DNA of 64,000 bases from Candidatus Bathyarchaeota archaeon. GTDB lineage: Archaea; Thermoproteota; Bathyarchaeia; Bathyarchaeales; Bathycorpusculaceae. Position numbers and translations under genes: made by a program. Location of the stretch: positions 576,001-640,000 of the forward strand of contig OY970340.1 of the NCBI GenBank assembly GCA_963717465.1. Direction: 5' to 3'. Under the pieces are notes generated by a model, which saw nothing but the letters and a program-made list of their open reading frames with translations, ran no database searches and had not been told where the DNA came from. The number at the start of each line of letters is the position of its first letter. Position 1 is the stretch's first letter. Shown here piece after piece: positions 42,991 through 56,187 of the stretch.

Positions 42991-43276
42991 ACATAAGTTT
43001 AAGCAAAATTAAGATTACTTTGCCCAAACGCTTCTTGCCTCAGAACGTGTTTAGCCGTGATATATTTAGAGCCAGACGTAATTAGGCTTCTTTTAAGCTT
43101 CTTTAATATTATATCTTCATAATGAATATTCCAATTTGGAATTTATTTGAAGCTTTTGCAAAAATTTTTTATCAATTTTCCCATTAATTCAAACTATAGT
43201 TCTGAAATATCATGATTATAAAAACGATAAATCTTTATATAATATTTTTGACATATTAAGATAGCAGGGAAGGTAA

Positions 43277-43453
43277 ATGGTTAAGAACCTGAAAGTAGTT
43301 AGCGTCGAAACCGTCTATGAAGAAGAACATTACATTGTTCAAAGCTACAAGATTGATGAGGATAAAAATGACGCTACCGATTTTGACAAGGACGAAATAA
43401 AAGGAAACATGAAAAAAGAAGCATCTAAGCCGCTTCATTTACGTCGAATCTAA
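43277..43453 (+). CDS. Small acidic hypothetical protein (58 aa)
   Basis: GGAAGGT upstream; MVKNLKVVSVETVYEEEHYIVQSYKIDE...; below the ORF-track cutoff. Confidence 0.4.
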   Translation: MVKNLKVVSVETVYEEEHYIVQSYKIDEDKNDATDFDKDEIKGNMKKEASKPLHLRRI

Positions 43454-43730
43454 TGAAGTAACGCAAATTAACACCTGATATGGTTGTAGTCACGGCGACT
43501 ATTGTAATTTCTCTAAAAGAAGAATCGCTAATCAATAAAGCGATGTGAAAAGTAAACAGAAGATAGGATAGTCATCGCCAACTAGGTTGCGTGTTTGGAA
43601 AACAATTAAGTTAAAAAGATGCGGATCTTTGCATGATTCGAATGGTTAATTCTATTCCTAATATGTGAACAATGCAGTGCTTAAAGTAAAATAGATTTGA
43701 AAGATTAAAAAAAAGTTTTGATGGTTGCGA

Positions 43731-44099
43731 TTATTTCTTGCTTACGAGCCGTTCTCCTATCGCACCATACATCCATGGTCTCGTCACGTTAAGATCAATC
43801 ACTTCAGACATTACAATTTTTCCTTCACTGACAAACTCTCGAATTTTGTCAACCACTTTAAGTGGGTCACCGTCTGTTTCAATCTCGTAGATTGCCAAAT
43901 AACGTGCAGGGGCTTCATATGGGCCTTGGTCACCTTCAGCTAACTTGAAACGTTGGGCAGCAACTATGCCAGGAACTTTTGTCACTTGTGGCAAGTGCTG
44001 AGTGTCATACCAGTCATTATATTCCTTTTCCATTCCTTCTGAAGGCCCAGAAAAAACTGTGTATACATACTTTTTCTTAAACGACATGCTATCTTCCAT
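43731..44099 (-). CDS. EthD/DUF4286-like dimeric alpha-beta barrel protein
   Basis: EYNDWYDTQHLPQVTKVPGIVAAQRF...YLAIYE. Confidence 0.75.
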   Translation of the reverse strand: MEDSMSFKKKYVYTVFSGPSEGMEKEYNDWYDTQHLPQVTKVPGIVAAQRFKLAEGDQGPYEAPARYLAIYEIETDGDPLKVVDKIREFVSEGKIVMSEVIDLNVTRPWMYGAIGERLVSKK

Positions 44100-44202
44100 C
44101 TCCCATTTTAGTCATAAAGATAGTTTACTTTTGGTATTAATGTTTTCTTTTATCATCAAACTAATCAATGAAATACTTAGCTGAGAAGCATTTGCTGACG
44201 GG

Positions 44203-46150
44203 TCACATTTTTTCAGGAGCTGTAACGCCAATTAATGTTAAGGCATTATGAAGTACAGTTTGGATTGCTTTTGTTAAGGCTATTCTTGCGTCGCTGAGTT
44301 CTTGTGAGTCTGCTTTAATCACGGGCAATGCATTGTAGAATGTGTTGAATTTGTCGGCTAAGGCATTTACGTAATCTGCGATCATGTTGGGTTTAAGGTA
44401 TTCTGTTGCTTCAATAAACATGTCTGGGAAACCTGCCAAAGCTAAGATTAATTCTCGTTCCAGTTTTTCTTTTAGTAATTCGAATCCTGGTTTTTCGGGT
44501 TCCCGTGCTGCTTTGCGTAAGATGCTGCATGCTCTAGCGTGGGTGTATTGGACGTAGGGTGCACTGTTGGTTTCAAAGTTTAGCACTCGATCCCAAGTGA
44601 AAACCACGGATTTTGAAGCGTCCACATCCACAAGCGAATATCGTACTGCTCCGATGCCTACGAAATCTGCAATTTTGCGCTTTTCTTTCTCGGTCAGCAT
44701 TGGTGATCGCTTGGAAACTTCTTCGTAAGCCCGTTGAACCGCTTCGTCTAAAACTTGGTCGAAAGTGATGTAGTGTCCTCTGCGGCTGCTCATTTTGTAT
44801 CCTGGAAGAGTAACCAGATTATAAGCGAAATGTACAAAATTATCTGCAAAGTCACCCTTACCAAGTGCGTAAAGAGCAAGTTTTAATTGCAATTGTGCAA
44901 GCGACTGCTCCATGCCGATAACGTTGACCACTTTCTCAGCCAAATTAAACTTCCATAGCGTATAAGCTACGTCACGTGTGGTGTACAGTGTGGTGCCGTC
45001 AGCACGAACAAGCGTTAATGGCGGAACCTCATAGTTTTCATGCAGGCCCAACTTGGGTTTTAATTTAAGTTGGTTAACAGCTTTTTCGCCGTCAAACTCT
45101 AAAACTCCACTTTCACTGAAAACGTAGCCTGAAGCTTTGAGTTTCCGTAAAACCTCAGATACTTGGCTGCTCCAGACGAAATCGCTCTCCCAATCCCAAG
45201 AATCATATGTAACTGACACACGTTTTTGCGTTTCTCTGAAACCGTCAAGACATAATTCGCTGACTTCCCGAATTAGCTGTTTTGCTTTAGGTTCACCTTC
45301 TTCGTATGCACGATTTAACCGGTTAATTTCCTCTTCAGGATTTTCATCTTTGCTAACCTGCATCAGAAGCGTTTCAAAAAGCACAGGGTATTTTTCTTTC
45401 AATTCGGAGGCGATGGAAAGCCACTCGTCAATTTCCTTATTTACTTTAGCTAAATCGTCCGCAGAATCTGGGTCAATTGCTTGGCGAACTCTTTTTAAAC
45501 GGTTGATTTCAACGATGCAACATGTAACCGTGTAGATTTTGCCAACGAACAAGTCGGCTTTTTCAGTGGGTTTTGGTCGACCAAGTTTGTCATAACCGTA
45601 GGCGACAACGCTGGATTGGCGACCAACATCATCAATGTAGTAGTGAGTTGAAACCGTGTGCCCCCTACATCTGAGAATGCGTGCTAAGGCATCTCCAAGC
45701 ATCGGGATTTCTTGCTTGTCCAATATGAATAGGATGCAGAGGATTAACACTTGTATGTTCGACGATGATTTTTTTAGGCTTATCGGTTTTAACGAAACCG
45801 TAGTTAGAATTCAACTGCTTAACTGAATTCAAAGTTAAAGCGGAGAATTTGGTAAAATCAACATAAAAGTTGATGTATCCTGCACCGGCAGTAGCAACTT
45901 TTTCAATTAATTTAAAGCTGGATTTATCGATGTTATCGACAAGTTGGTTAGCAATATCAAGAGGCTTTTGCCCCAGTTTCTTAGCTAACTCAAAGCAAAG
46001 TGAAGAAGCCAATTGTCCATACTCAATGTTTGGCGTCTTGCTCAAGTTTATGGTTGTATGCTTGGTTTCTGGAAAGGACTTTTCTAAAGCTTGAGCTAAT
46101 GCTGCTTCGCATTCTTGGCGGAACAGGGCAAAGGGGTTTTCAGTAGTCAT
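44203..46150 (-). CDS. argS: Arginyl-tRNA synthetase, frameshift near 45705
   Basis: EHTSVNPLHPIHIGQARN, KMSSRRG, PYVQYTHARACSIL. Confidence 0.95.
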
Positions 46151-46242
46151 CCGTTTTTTTTCTCCTTTAAGTTGCTAAACCTTAATAGCAAGTTGTATTT
46201 TAATTGAAGACAATCATTTATCTTGTATGGATTCGGAAAGCC

Positions 46243-47095
46243 ATGAAAACAACAATAATCTATTCAGAAAAATGTTTAGGTTATGGAATAAGGCACATTG
46301 AAGGACCATCACGAGTTAAAAAAGCTCATGATATACTGGAGCAGAAGGGGTACAAGTTCGTTGAGCCAACTCCAGCAACAGAAGAGCAAATTCTAAGAGT
46401 TCACGACAAAGACTACATCGATAACCTCAAGAAAGGTTCAGTTGAAGATGAAGATACGCCAGCATATAAAGACATTTATGAGTATGCAAGGCTTTCAGCT
46501 GGCGGAGCAGTTTTAGCCTCAAAAATAAACGGTTTTTCACTTATGCGCCCACCCGGACATCACGCTGGAAAAAACGGTAATGCTCTTGGAGCTCATACTC
46601 GTGGATTTTGCTACATCAATAATATAGCAGTTGCTGTTAAGACGCTTGGCAAGAAAACTTTGATTTTGGATATTGATGGTCATCACGGAAATGGTACTCA
46701 AGATATTTTTCAAGATGACAGTAACGTAACCTATGTTTCGTTGCATTGTTATCCGCTTTATCCGCATACTGGAGCAACTTCTGAAGGAAACTGCTTATAA
46801 TTTTCCTTTGCCAGCCGACTGCGGTGAAAAACAGTATTTAAAGACTTTTGATAAAGCTTTAAGCATGGTTGACGCAGACAAGTTTGAAGTGGTTGCTGTT
46901 TCAGCTGGTTTTGATACGCACAGGGGTGATTTAGCATCTTTGAATTTAATTGAAAAAAGTTATTGGGCTATTGGCAAAAGAATTGCTTTGCTAAAGAAGC
47001 CGACATTTTTTGTTTTCGAAGGCGGATACGTGGGTGAAAACAACGGTTTGGACATCGACATGTTTCTGAAAGGTTATGAAGAAAACATGGTTTAA
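46243..47095 (+). CDS. Histone deacetylase-family (AcuC/HDAC) deacetylase, frameshift near 46795
   Basis: RPPGHHAG, GFCYINN, DIDGHHGNGTQ, SAGFD, FEGGY. Confidence 0.9.
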
Positions 47096-47129
47096 TCTTT
47101 ATTGAAAAAATGAAAATAATAAAAAGATG

Positions 47130-47747
47130 TTACTTGCGTTTTTGGGCTAAAGCTTTCTTGTTTAGGGCTTCAAGTTTTTCTGCTGCTTTTGTCGCTCTTT
47201 TTTCAGCATCTGCTAGCAAGGGTTTCCAGTCTTTGTTTTTAACGATGTTGGTTAACTTTTCCATTTGTTCAGGCAGCCTTGCCAGTGCATCGTTGAATCT
47301 TTTTTCTGCAGCTTCATCTGAATCCACAATTTCTAAGGCTTCTTCTGGGCAGGCTTCAATGCATTGTGGTTCTCCTTCGCATAGGTCGCAGGCAACTGCT
47401 TTTCCAGTATCAGTATGGATGTTGATTCCTCCGTGCTCGCAAGCTTGTATGCACCAATCGCAACCTTTGCATTTTTTATCGTTAATTATTAGTATGCCCG
47501 TGTTTTCTGATTGAATTATCGCTTTCTCAGGACATGCTTTGACACATTTCGCATCTTTGCAAAATCTGCATGCCAGAGTAAAATTAAAAAACGGCGTCAT
47601 CCGAACAACTCGTGCCCTGGAACGTATAGGATTCCAAACCAATTCGCCTTTTTCCAGAGCGCAAGCATACTCACAGATTCCGCAACCAGTACATTTGCCA
47701 GGGTCAACAGAAACAAATCTTCTCTTGCTTGACTTTGCAGATTGCAT
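47130..47747 (-). CDS. 4x[4Fe-4S] dicluster electron-transfer protein (DmsB/CooF-like)
   Basis: Four Cys clusters (CTGCGICEYAC, CRFC...CP, CKGCDWCIQAC, CDLC...CP). Confidence 0.85.
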   Translation of the reverse strand: MQSAKSSKRRFVSVDPGKCTGCGICEYACALEKGELVWNPIRSRARVVRMTPFFNFTLACRFCKDAKCVKACPEKAIIQSENTGILIINDKKCKGCDWCIQACEHGGINIHTDTGKAVACDLCEGEPQCIEACPEEALEIVDSDEAAEKRFNDALARLPEQMEKLTNIVKNKDWKPLLADAEKRATKAAEKLEALNKKALAQKRK

Positions 47748-47899
47748 TTTTCTAACAGACCTTTATGAGTATGGGAATATTTGTGTGCATCATTAGCTAA
47801 TAACCATTACTTAACAAAAACCATTTTTTGAAGGAAATTTCCATAAACTCAGGAATTGACGTGCGTTTCGCTTCTAAAAGTGGACATATCTTCCTTTTT

Positions 47900-48375
47900 T
47901 CAGATTTTTATAAGAAGCATTTGCAACACTATGTCCGGTGTTTGAAGGATTGCTACGGTGGCTTTCATTTTATAGATCACTTCGTAAGCTTCATCCACGG
48001 GTTTTAAGCCGATCTTGTGCGTAAGATCCCTGGTGGCAACGCACTGAAAAAGTAAAGCTCTTATGGTCTCTAAGATCTGATAAATCAGTTTTAGGCCCTT
48101 AAGAGGCTGGTTCAGTTGTTTCCCTACTTCTCGAAGAGGCCGCAATGGAGGGAGATCTTGGAGAAGGTTGGTGCTCTGTCTTTTCGGGAAGAAGTTCGCC
48201 ATCATCGAAACGCTTATGGTGTCGGGCAAGTCTACCACGACAGCTGCCCTTCGCTATAAGACATTTTCGAATTACTTTACTTCGATCTGTCCTGCGTTCT
48301 CTCAAGAACTCTTCGAATAGCCGCGACAAACCGATCAGGTCGATCTTCTTGAACAGAGTGTGACAAGTGTTGATG
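47900..48375. pseudogene. Mosaic of gene remnants
   Basis: Minus-strand HSVQEDRPDRFVAAIRRVL (hydrolase C-terminus-like), a start-less plus-strand C-terminal fragment, and a 33-bp antitoxin fragment. Confidence 0.45.
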
Positions 48376-48450
48376 ATTTAGGAGTAAAATATAGAAGTAA
48401 AAAGGATATATTTTTAGGTAAGAAAGTAAGATTATATTAAAAGATTATAA

Positions 48451-48742
48451 ATGACTCAGAATGAAAAAGCCGATCTTACAATTCTTAGCGCAAAAGGTCA
48501 AGTTGTCATACCTGCAAAAATAAGGTCTAAGAATGGGCTTGAAACCGAAAACAAAATTTCTCGTTTATGAATGCAACGACTCAGTAATTCTGAAAAAATT
48601 TGAAGAGCCTAACTTATCAAAAGAGCTTGAAGCCATATACAAAAGAGTTGATGAACGAATCGCAAAATATGGCGAGCTCTCAAACGACGAGATAAACCAG
48701 ATAATCCATGAGCATAGGCAGAAGAAAAAAAGTTCAAAGTGA
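48451..48742 (+). CDS. AbrB/MazE-type antitoxin, frameshift near 48531
   Basis: MTQNEKADLTILSAKGQVVIPAKIRS.. joins MGLKPKTKFLVY. Confidence 0.8.
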
Positions 48743-48752
48743 CAATTGAAGA

Positions 48753-49163
48753 ATGAAAGTTGTCCTTGACACCAATGTTTTGGTTTCAGCGTTAATTAAA
48801 CCCGGAAAACCACGTGACCTCTTCAATAAATTGATAAAACATAAACAGCTAGTTTTATCCAAAGCTATACTCGAAGAGTTTCTGGATGTAATAGAAGACT
48901 CCAAGGTAGCAAAGTATACAAATGAACAAGATGTAACAATCTTTCTCAACATCTTGGGGAACGCTGCAAGAATAATAGAAATAAAATCCAAATTCAAAGC
49001 TGTCAAGGAAGACCCCAATGACGACGTTATTATTAGAACAGCATATGATGGAAAAGCTGACTTTATCATTTCAGGCGACAAGCACCTGCTTGCATTGAGA
49101 GAGTTCAAAGGGATAAAAATTTTAACTATTGATGAAATGCTCAGTGTGCTACACCATCTTTAA
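48753..49163 (+). CDS. PIN-domain toxin
   Basis: VVLDTNVLVSA, DPNDD, IISGDKHLL. Confidence 0.9.
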   Translation: MKVVLDTNVLVSALIKPGKPRDLFNKLIKHKQLVLSKAILEEFLDVIEDSKVAKYTNEQDVTIFLNILGNAARIIEIKSKFKAVKEDPNDDVIIRTAYDGKADFIISGDKHLLALREFKGIKILTIDEMLSVLHHL

Positions 49164-49174
49164 CTTGACTAATT

Positions 49175-49410
49175 TGTGCTTCTTTTGTTCCTCGTTCTGT
49201 TTTTGCATTTTTACCAAGGACTTCGTGGACAAACAGGATGACTATGGTAATTGCTGCAAATACGGTGGCTGCAATGTAGAAGACATAATGTAAGGCTGCC
49301 TGCCGGAGGGAAACGACTTATAGATTGCTGTTCCAGCTTGTGACTGCCCGACGAGCACAGAAACAGTAAAAGTGCTAAAGCACAGCACCAACAATAGGTG
49401 CGCCAATGCT
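49175..49410 (-). pseudogene. C-terminal remnant of an MFS-type transporter
   Basis: SIGAPIVGAV.. STFTV.. AALHYVFYIAATVFAAITIVILFV across frameshifts; cut at the tRNA fragment. Confidence 0.55.
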
Positions 49411-49412
49411 GT

Positions 49413-49480
49413 TGCGGAGGGTGGGATTTGAACCCACGAACTCCTGCGGGATAGGAGCCTCAGTCCTACGCCTTTTGGCC
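49413..49480 (-). repeat. tRNA-Leu 3' fragment (att-like direct repeat)
   Basis: Matches 50915-50981 with one substitution and one extra T. Confidence 0.92.
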
Positions 49481-49550
49481 GTAATGACAAAAGTCCTAAT
49501 CGGCGAAACGTTAAAATCTATAGTTACAGTTATATAAACCTGGTGATGCT

Positions 49551-49751
49551 TTGCCGACTACTGTTCAGGTAGATGAAAGGACTCTTCAAATGCTCAATAA
49601 AGCTAAAAAGGAAATGAAAGCGAAAAGCCATGATGAAGTCATAAAAAGGCTGCTCACCGAGCGAAAAAAGATTCCTGGCTCCATGTTTGGTTCAAACCGC
49701 AAGCTTTCTTCTTTCACAGAAGAGGATCGGGCGGAGTTTCATGAGTTTTAA
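49551..49751 (+). CDS. vapB: VapB-type antitoxin
   Basis: MPTTVQVDERT..L...K...KSHDEVIKRLL; overlaps the vapC start. Confidence 0.85.
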   Translation: MPTTVQVDERTLQMLNKAKKEMKAKSHDEVIKRLLTERKKIPGSMFGSNRKLSSFTEEDRAEFHEF

Positions 49752-50151
49752 TTTTGTAATTGATTCTTACGCTTGGATTGAGTATTTTAAAGCTTCCAAA
49801 ATGGGCGAAGTTGCAAAGGAATACATAGAAAGTGAGCACTCAGTTACGCCAACAATTGTGGTTTCAGAGATTAGTCGAAAACTGCTGAAGGATATTAGGC
49901 TTGGAAACGAAACTCGCGAAGGACGACTTCAACGGTTAGAGTTTATAAGATCAACGAGCCGGGTAGCGGAATTGGATTTTGAAACCGCAGTTGCAGCAGG
50001 AGAAATTAATGAAGAACTGAAAGAACAGGCAAAGGGATGGGGCTTAACAGATTCAATTATACTATGCATCGCCAGAAACTTGGGCGGAAAAGTAGTCACA
50101 GGTGATGAACATTTTCGCGAATTAAGCGAAGTAATATTCATCAAAAAATAA
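49741..50151 (+). CDS. vapC: VapC PIN toxin
   Basis: VIDSYAWIEYF, WGLTDSII, VVTGDEHF. Confidence 0.9.
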   Translation: MSFNFVIDSYAWIEYFKASKMGEVAKEYIESEHSVTPTIVVSEISRKLLKDIRLGNETREGRLQRLEFIRSTSRVAELDFETAVAAGEINEELKEQAKGWGLTDSIILCIARNLGGKVVTGDEHFRELSEVIFIKK

Positions 50152-50181
50152 ACCCGATGTTGTAGATTAAGTGCCCTTTGT

Positions 50182-50240
50182 TGGTGTTGAGAATGGGATT
50201 TGAACCCACGAACCCCTCGGGATAGGAACCCCAATCCTGC
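50182..50240 (-). repeat. Degenerate tRNA-Leu 3' fragment
   Basis: TGGTG..GA..TGGGATTTGAACCCACGAACCCCT-CGGGATAGGA..; about 8 differences from the tRNA. Confidence 0.85.
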
Positions 50241-50255
50241 TATCACTAGGTATTG

Positions 50256-50645
50256 CTATTTTAAAAATACGACATTTTCAAGGTTCTTGAAGTGTTCATC
50301 TCCAGTTACTACGTCAGCTTTTTTAACTAATGCTGTTGCGTAAACTATCGAATCAGCCATGCCCCAGCCATTTATCTCTTTTTTCAAACGAACATTTACC
50401 TTAGCGGATTCTACAGCGATTAACTCATCCAAATATACTAGAGCACTTCTTTCTTTTATGAAAGACTTCTGCTTCTCGGCAAGCTCGCGACCTTCTACTT
50501 TTAGGGTTTTAGAGTAAACTTCTGCCAGACATATGGTTGGAGTGATTTTTTCTTCTGAATTTTCAATGATTGCTTTCGTTTTCTCACCTGTTTCTGTACC
50601 CATAAAATACTCAAGCCAAGCGTACGAGTCAATAACGTATCTCAT
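50256..50645 (-). CDS. vapC: VapC PIN toxin
   Basis: YVIDSYAWLEYF, WGMADSIV, VVTGDEHF. Confidence 0.9.
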   Translation of the reverse strand: MRYVIDSYAWLEYFMGTETGEKTKAIIENSEEKITPTICLAEVYSKTLKVEGRELAEKQKSFIKERSALVYLDELIAVESAKVNVRLKKEINGWGMADSIVYATALVKKADVVTGDEHFKNLENVVFLK

Positions 50646-50836
50646 TAGTAGCGATCCTTATGGTCTCTGAGATCTGATAAATCAGTTTTTTTCATGGTAC
50701 CGAACATGCTTTCAGTCTTCTCAAAGTGCTCAATCAAAATTTTGTTTATTTCATTAGAAATATTTCGAGCCCCAGCTTTCTCTTTAAGCCGCTGATAAAC
50801 ATCATCGCGCAAAATAACTGTTGTTTTCTTTGACAA
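50645..50836 (-). CDS. vapB: VapB-type antitoxin
   Basis: KTTVILRDDVYQRL RHH-like N-terminus; TAATG coupling to vapC. Confidence 0.85.
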   Translation of the reverse strand: MSKKTTVILRDDVYQRLKEKAGARNISNEINKILIEHFEKTESMFGTMKKTDLSDLRDHKDRY

Positions 50837-50911
50837 GCCATCACCATAAACATCTATGTTTTACTAACTTTTAAAAATTTCATCCTGAAAAACGGGAAAC
50901 AAGAAATTTAA

Positions 50912-50999
50912 TGGTGCGGAGGGTGGGATTTGAACCCACGAACCCCTGCGGGATAGGAGCCTCAGTCCTACGCCTTTGGCCATGCTGGGCGACCTCCGC
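50912..50999 (-). tRNA. tRNA-Leu(GAG), intronless, CCA encoded
   Basis: GCGGAGG acceptor stem, TAGGA-CTGAGGC-TCCTA anticodon arm, long variable arm, GTTCAAATC T-loop. Confidence 0.95.
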
Positions 51000-51149
51000 T
51001 TTAATGCTTATGCCTAAAGCGTTTTTGGGAAATATAGAATCATTCAGCCCATTTAAAGGCTTTACCGTAAAATTCCATGCTAACAGGACAACGTACTTTA
51101 GGCCCCTGCTTTGGCAGGCGAAAAGCGCCACGAATCTGGCAAAGATCAG

Positions 51150-52328
51150 TTATTTTACGGCTCTGATTACTCCTTCAATCTTGTTTAACTCGTCGATCAC
51201 GTTTTGTTCGACTCTTTGGTGCACAAGATAAACAGCCGTTGCATAACCCTGTCCTATTTGCCTAGATGGGTTTTCTCTGATGTTAACTCCATGGTCTGCA
51301 AGGACTTTGGCTATTTTGGCGAACATGCCTGGTTTGTCTTCGTGATAGATGAATAATTGGTAGGTTGGTCGCTGTTCTTGTTCGATGTTTTCTCCCGCGT
51401 TTACGGTGTTTGAAAAGTCTCCGTGTAGCAAGTAGTCGATTATGACTTTGGCCATTTCCACTGATGTTTTCTTCTGGGCTTCAATCGTGGATGCACCTAG
51501 ATGAGGAGTAAAAATAACATTATCCAATTCTCTCAGCTTGGAGCAAAATTGTGATTCTTCTGCCGATGGCTCTTCTTCAAAGACATCTATTGCTGCACCT
51601 GCTATGCCTCCCGCTTTCAGAGCATTGTACAATGCTTTTTCTTCAACGTTTGCTCCGCGGGCTGTGTTAATCAGAAAAGAGGTTGGTTTCATGAGCCATA
51701 GCTCTTTTTCTTCTACGATGGGTTGGTTTCCGCTAACATGAATGCTAACGTAATCAGCTTGAGACAGGACCTCTTCTTTTGTCACCTGTTTTATTCTCGA
51801 GGATGGCTTTGCAACTGGATCGTAACCTATTATTTCCATGTTAAAGTTGCCTACGAGTTCGCTGAGGCGTTGACCTATTCTGCCACACCCAATAATGCCA
51901 AGAGTTTTTCCTGAAAGTTCTGTTCCCTCAAAACGCTTCTTTCTCCAAACGCCCTCTTTAAGAGAATAATATCCTTGAGGCACTTTTCTTGAAATATCAA
52001 GCATTAACGCAAGCGCCAATTCTGCAGTTGCATTAGTGTTCCCAAAAGGAGCAGACTTAACGACGACTCCTTTTTCTGTGGCGGCTTTTATGTCAATGTT
52101 GTCTACTCCAACGCCGGCTCTCCCCACGATTTTTAATTTACCTTTTACACCAGCCTCAATCACTTCCTTGGTGACTTTGGTTGCGCTTCTTACAACTAAC
52201 GCATCAAATTCTCCAATCTGCGCTCGAAGAGAAACAGGGTCTCGCTTTTGTTTGTCTGCTTCAATTGCAGCTTGTTGAAAAAGTTTTATTCCTTCCTCAT
52301 CCATGCCATCATTCAGTAACACTTTCAT
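51150..52328 (-). CDS. serA: D-3-phosphoglycerate dehydrogenase with ACT domain
   Basis: [41 protein letters not shown]. Confidence 0.9.
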   Translation of the reverse strand: MKVLLNDGMDEEGIKLFQQAAIEADKQKRDPVSLRAQIGEFDALVVRSATKVTKEVIEAGVKGKLKIVGRAGVGVDNIDIKAATEKGVVVKSAPFGNTNATAELALALMLDISRKVPQGYYSLKEGVWRKKRFEGTELSGKTLGIIGCGRIGQRLSELVGNFNMEIIGYDPVAKPSSRIKQVTKEEVLSQADYVSIHVSGNQPIVEEKELWLMKPTSFLINTARGANVEEKALYNALKAGGIAGAAIDVFEEEPSAEESQFCSKLRELDNVIFTPHLGASTIEAQKKTSVEMAKVIIDYLLHGDFSNTVNAGENIEQEQRPTYQLFIYHEDKPGMFAKIAKVLADHGVNIRENPSRQIGQGYATAVYLVHQRVEQNVIDELNKIEGVIRAVK

Positions 52329-52408
52329 ACAGATCAACCATAGATTCAATAACTAGTTGTATTCCGAAAATTTAGTTATTGCTGCCTTTTAACCTGTTCC
52401 TTCCAAAA

Positions 52409-52994
52409 CTAGCGAGATATCAAGAAAAGCCCAATATCAGCAAACAAGTTCGGCAAAAAACTTACTCTATTTTTCTTTCTTATGAACCCTGAGCGCTCAA
52501 TGTAAAAATTCCTTTTTTTGCAATACTCCTCAAAATCTGCAATGGCTAAAAAATGCAGGTTCGGAGTATCATACCATTCATAAGGCAACGCCTTCGTCAC
52601 AGGAACTCTGCCTTTAAAGAAAATCTGAAGCCTCGCAGATACATTCACAAAGTTTGGAAAGCCCACAATTGTTTTTTTCCCCACTCTTAAAGCCTCCTTG
52701 AGCACTAAATCAGGCTTTTTCACCTGTTGAAGTGTTTGATTCAAGATAACGTAATCAAAGCTTCCATCAGCAAATTCACTCAATCCCGAATCAATATCCT
52801 CCTGAAAAACACTCAGACCCAACGCTACACAATGCTGAATTGCTTGATCACTTAGCTCGATTCCTTGCGCCCTAACCTGCTTTTCCGTGATCAGAAGGGT
52901 TAGGAGCTCACCGTCGCCGCAGCCGAGATCAAGCACAGAAGAGCCATTTTTGATCCATTCTGAAATTATTTTATGCTCCATTTTGAAGCGTGTA

Positions 52995-53017
<23 letters not shown>
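52409..53017 (-). CDS. metW: Methionine biosynthesis protein MetW
   Basis: [24 protein letters not shown]. Confidence 0.92.
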
Positions 53018-55489
<2,472 letters not shown>

Positions 55490-55534
55490 TCATGCTCCTT
55501 TTTTGTTTTTAGGTTGGTAAGACATTATCATCCG

Positions 55535-55547
55535 ATAACGCCGTTAT
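55535..55547. promoter_or_regulatory. ATAAC-N3-GTTAT operator in the metY / HTH-CBS divergent promoter
   Basis: ATAACGCCGTTAT; recurs at three other promoters in the cluster. Confidence 0.7.
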
Positions 55548-55609
55548 ATGCTTTTTTGCAGCTTTTATTCCAAAAAGAATATGAGCAACCAGCAACAAAA
55601 CGCATAGTC

Positions 55610-56164
55610 ATGCTTCCAACAGCAGAAGATATCAGTCGAAAACGCCGCCAACTAGGCCTAAAACAAGCAGAACTCGCTAAAATGGCAGGCGTAAGCCAAT
55701 CCTTAATAGCCAAACTTGAAGCAGGAACCATCGACTCTTCATACACCAAAGTAAAAACCATATTTGATGTTCTTGAGCGATTAGAAGCAAAAACAAAAAT
55801 CCAAGAACGAAAAGTCGTACCCAACAGAGTAATCAGCATACAAAAAGATGAACCAATCTCAAAAGTCGTCCAACTCATGAAGGAACATGGCTACTCACAA
55901 ATTCCAGTATTTAACCGCAATCAGTCTGTAGGAAGCATTTCAGAAAAAACCATTCTACGGCAGATTTTAGACGGCAACGATTTGACCCAAATATCCGATC
56001 TACCCGTAAAAGAAATCATGGAAGAAGCCTTTCCACAAGTTGCAGAAGACGCCCCACTATCCCTAATTTCAAGCTTACTTCAGACCTATCAAGCAGTACT
56101 AGTAGCAAAACAAGGATCAATAGTAGGCATCATAACAAAAGCCGATTTGCTAAGGATCGTTTAG
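55610..56164 (+). CDS. XRE-HTH plus CBS-pair transcription regulator
   Basis: LKQAELAKMAGVSQSLIAKLE, YSQIPV, GIITKADL. Confidence 0.88.
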   Translation: MLPTAEDISRKRRQLGLKQAELAKMAGVSQSLIAKLEAGTIDSSYTKVKTIFDVLERLEAKTKIQERKVVPNRVISIQKDEPISKVVQLMKEHGYSQIPVFNRNQSVGSISEKTILRQILDGNDLTQISDLPVKEIMEEAFPQVAEDAPLSLISSLLQTYQAVLVAKQGSIVGIITKADLLRIV

Positions 56165-56187
56165 CTCAACTCAAACAACTAAAAGCT

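Noticed and set aside
9283..48742. Many frameshifts (cdhD, cdhA, cofC, cofE, dys, argS, HDAC and others) read as programmed frameshifting or mass pseudogenisation
   Set aside because: Those I traced are single-base insertions with no shared slippery motif, and they hit essential genes such as argS; most likely assembly errors. Read polishing would settle it.
49413..50240. tRNA fragments as split or permuted tRNA genes
   Set aside because: No matching 5' halves or complementary leaders; they duplicate an intact adjacent tRNA and one is degenerate.
47900..50999. CRISPR array or spacer explanation for the short repeats
   Set aside because: No regularly spaced 24-47-bp repeats and no cas genes in the window.
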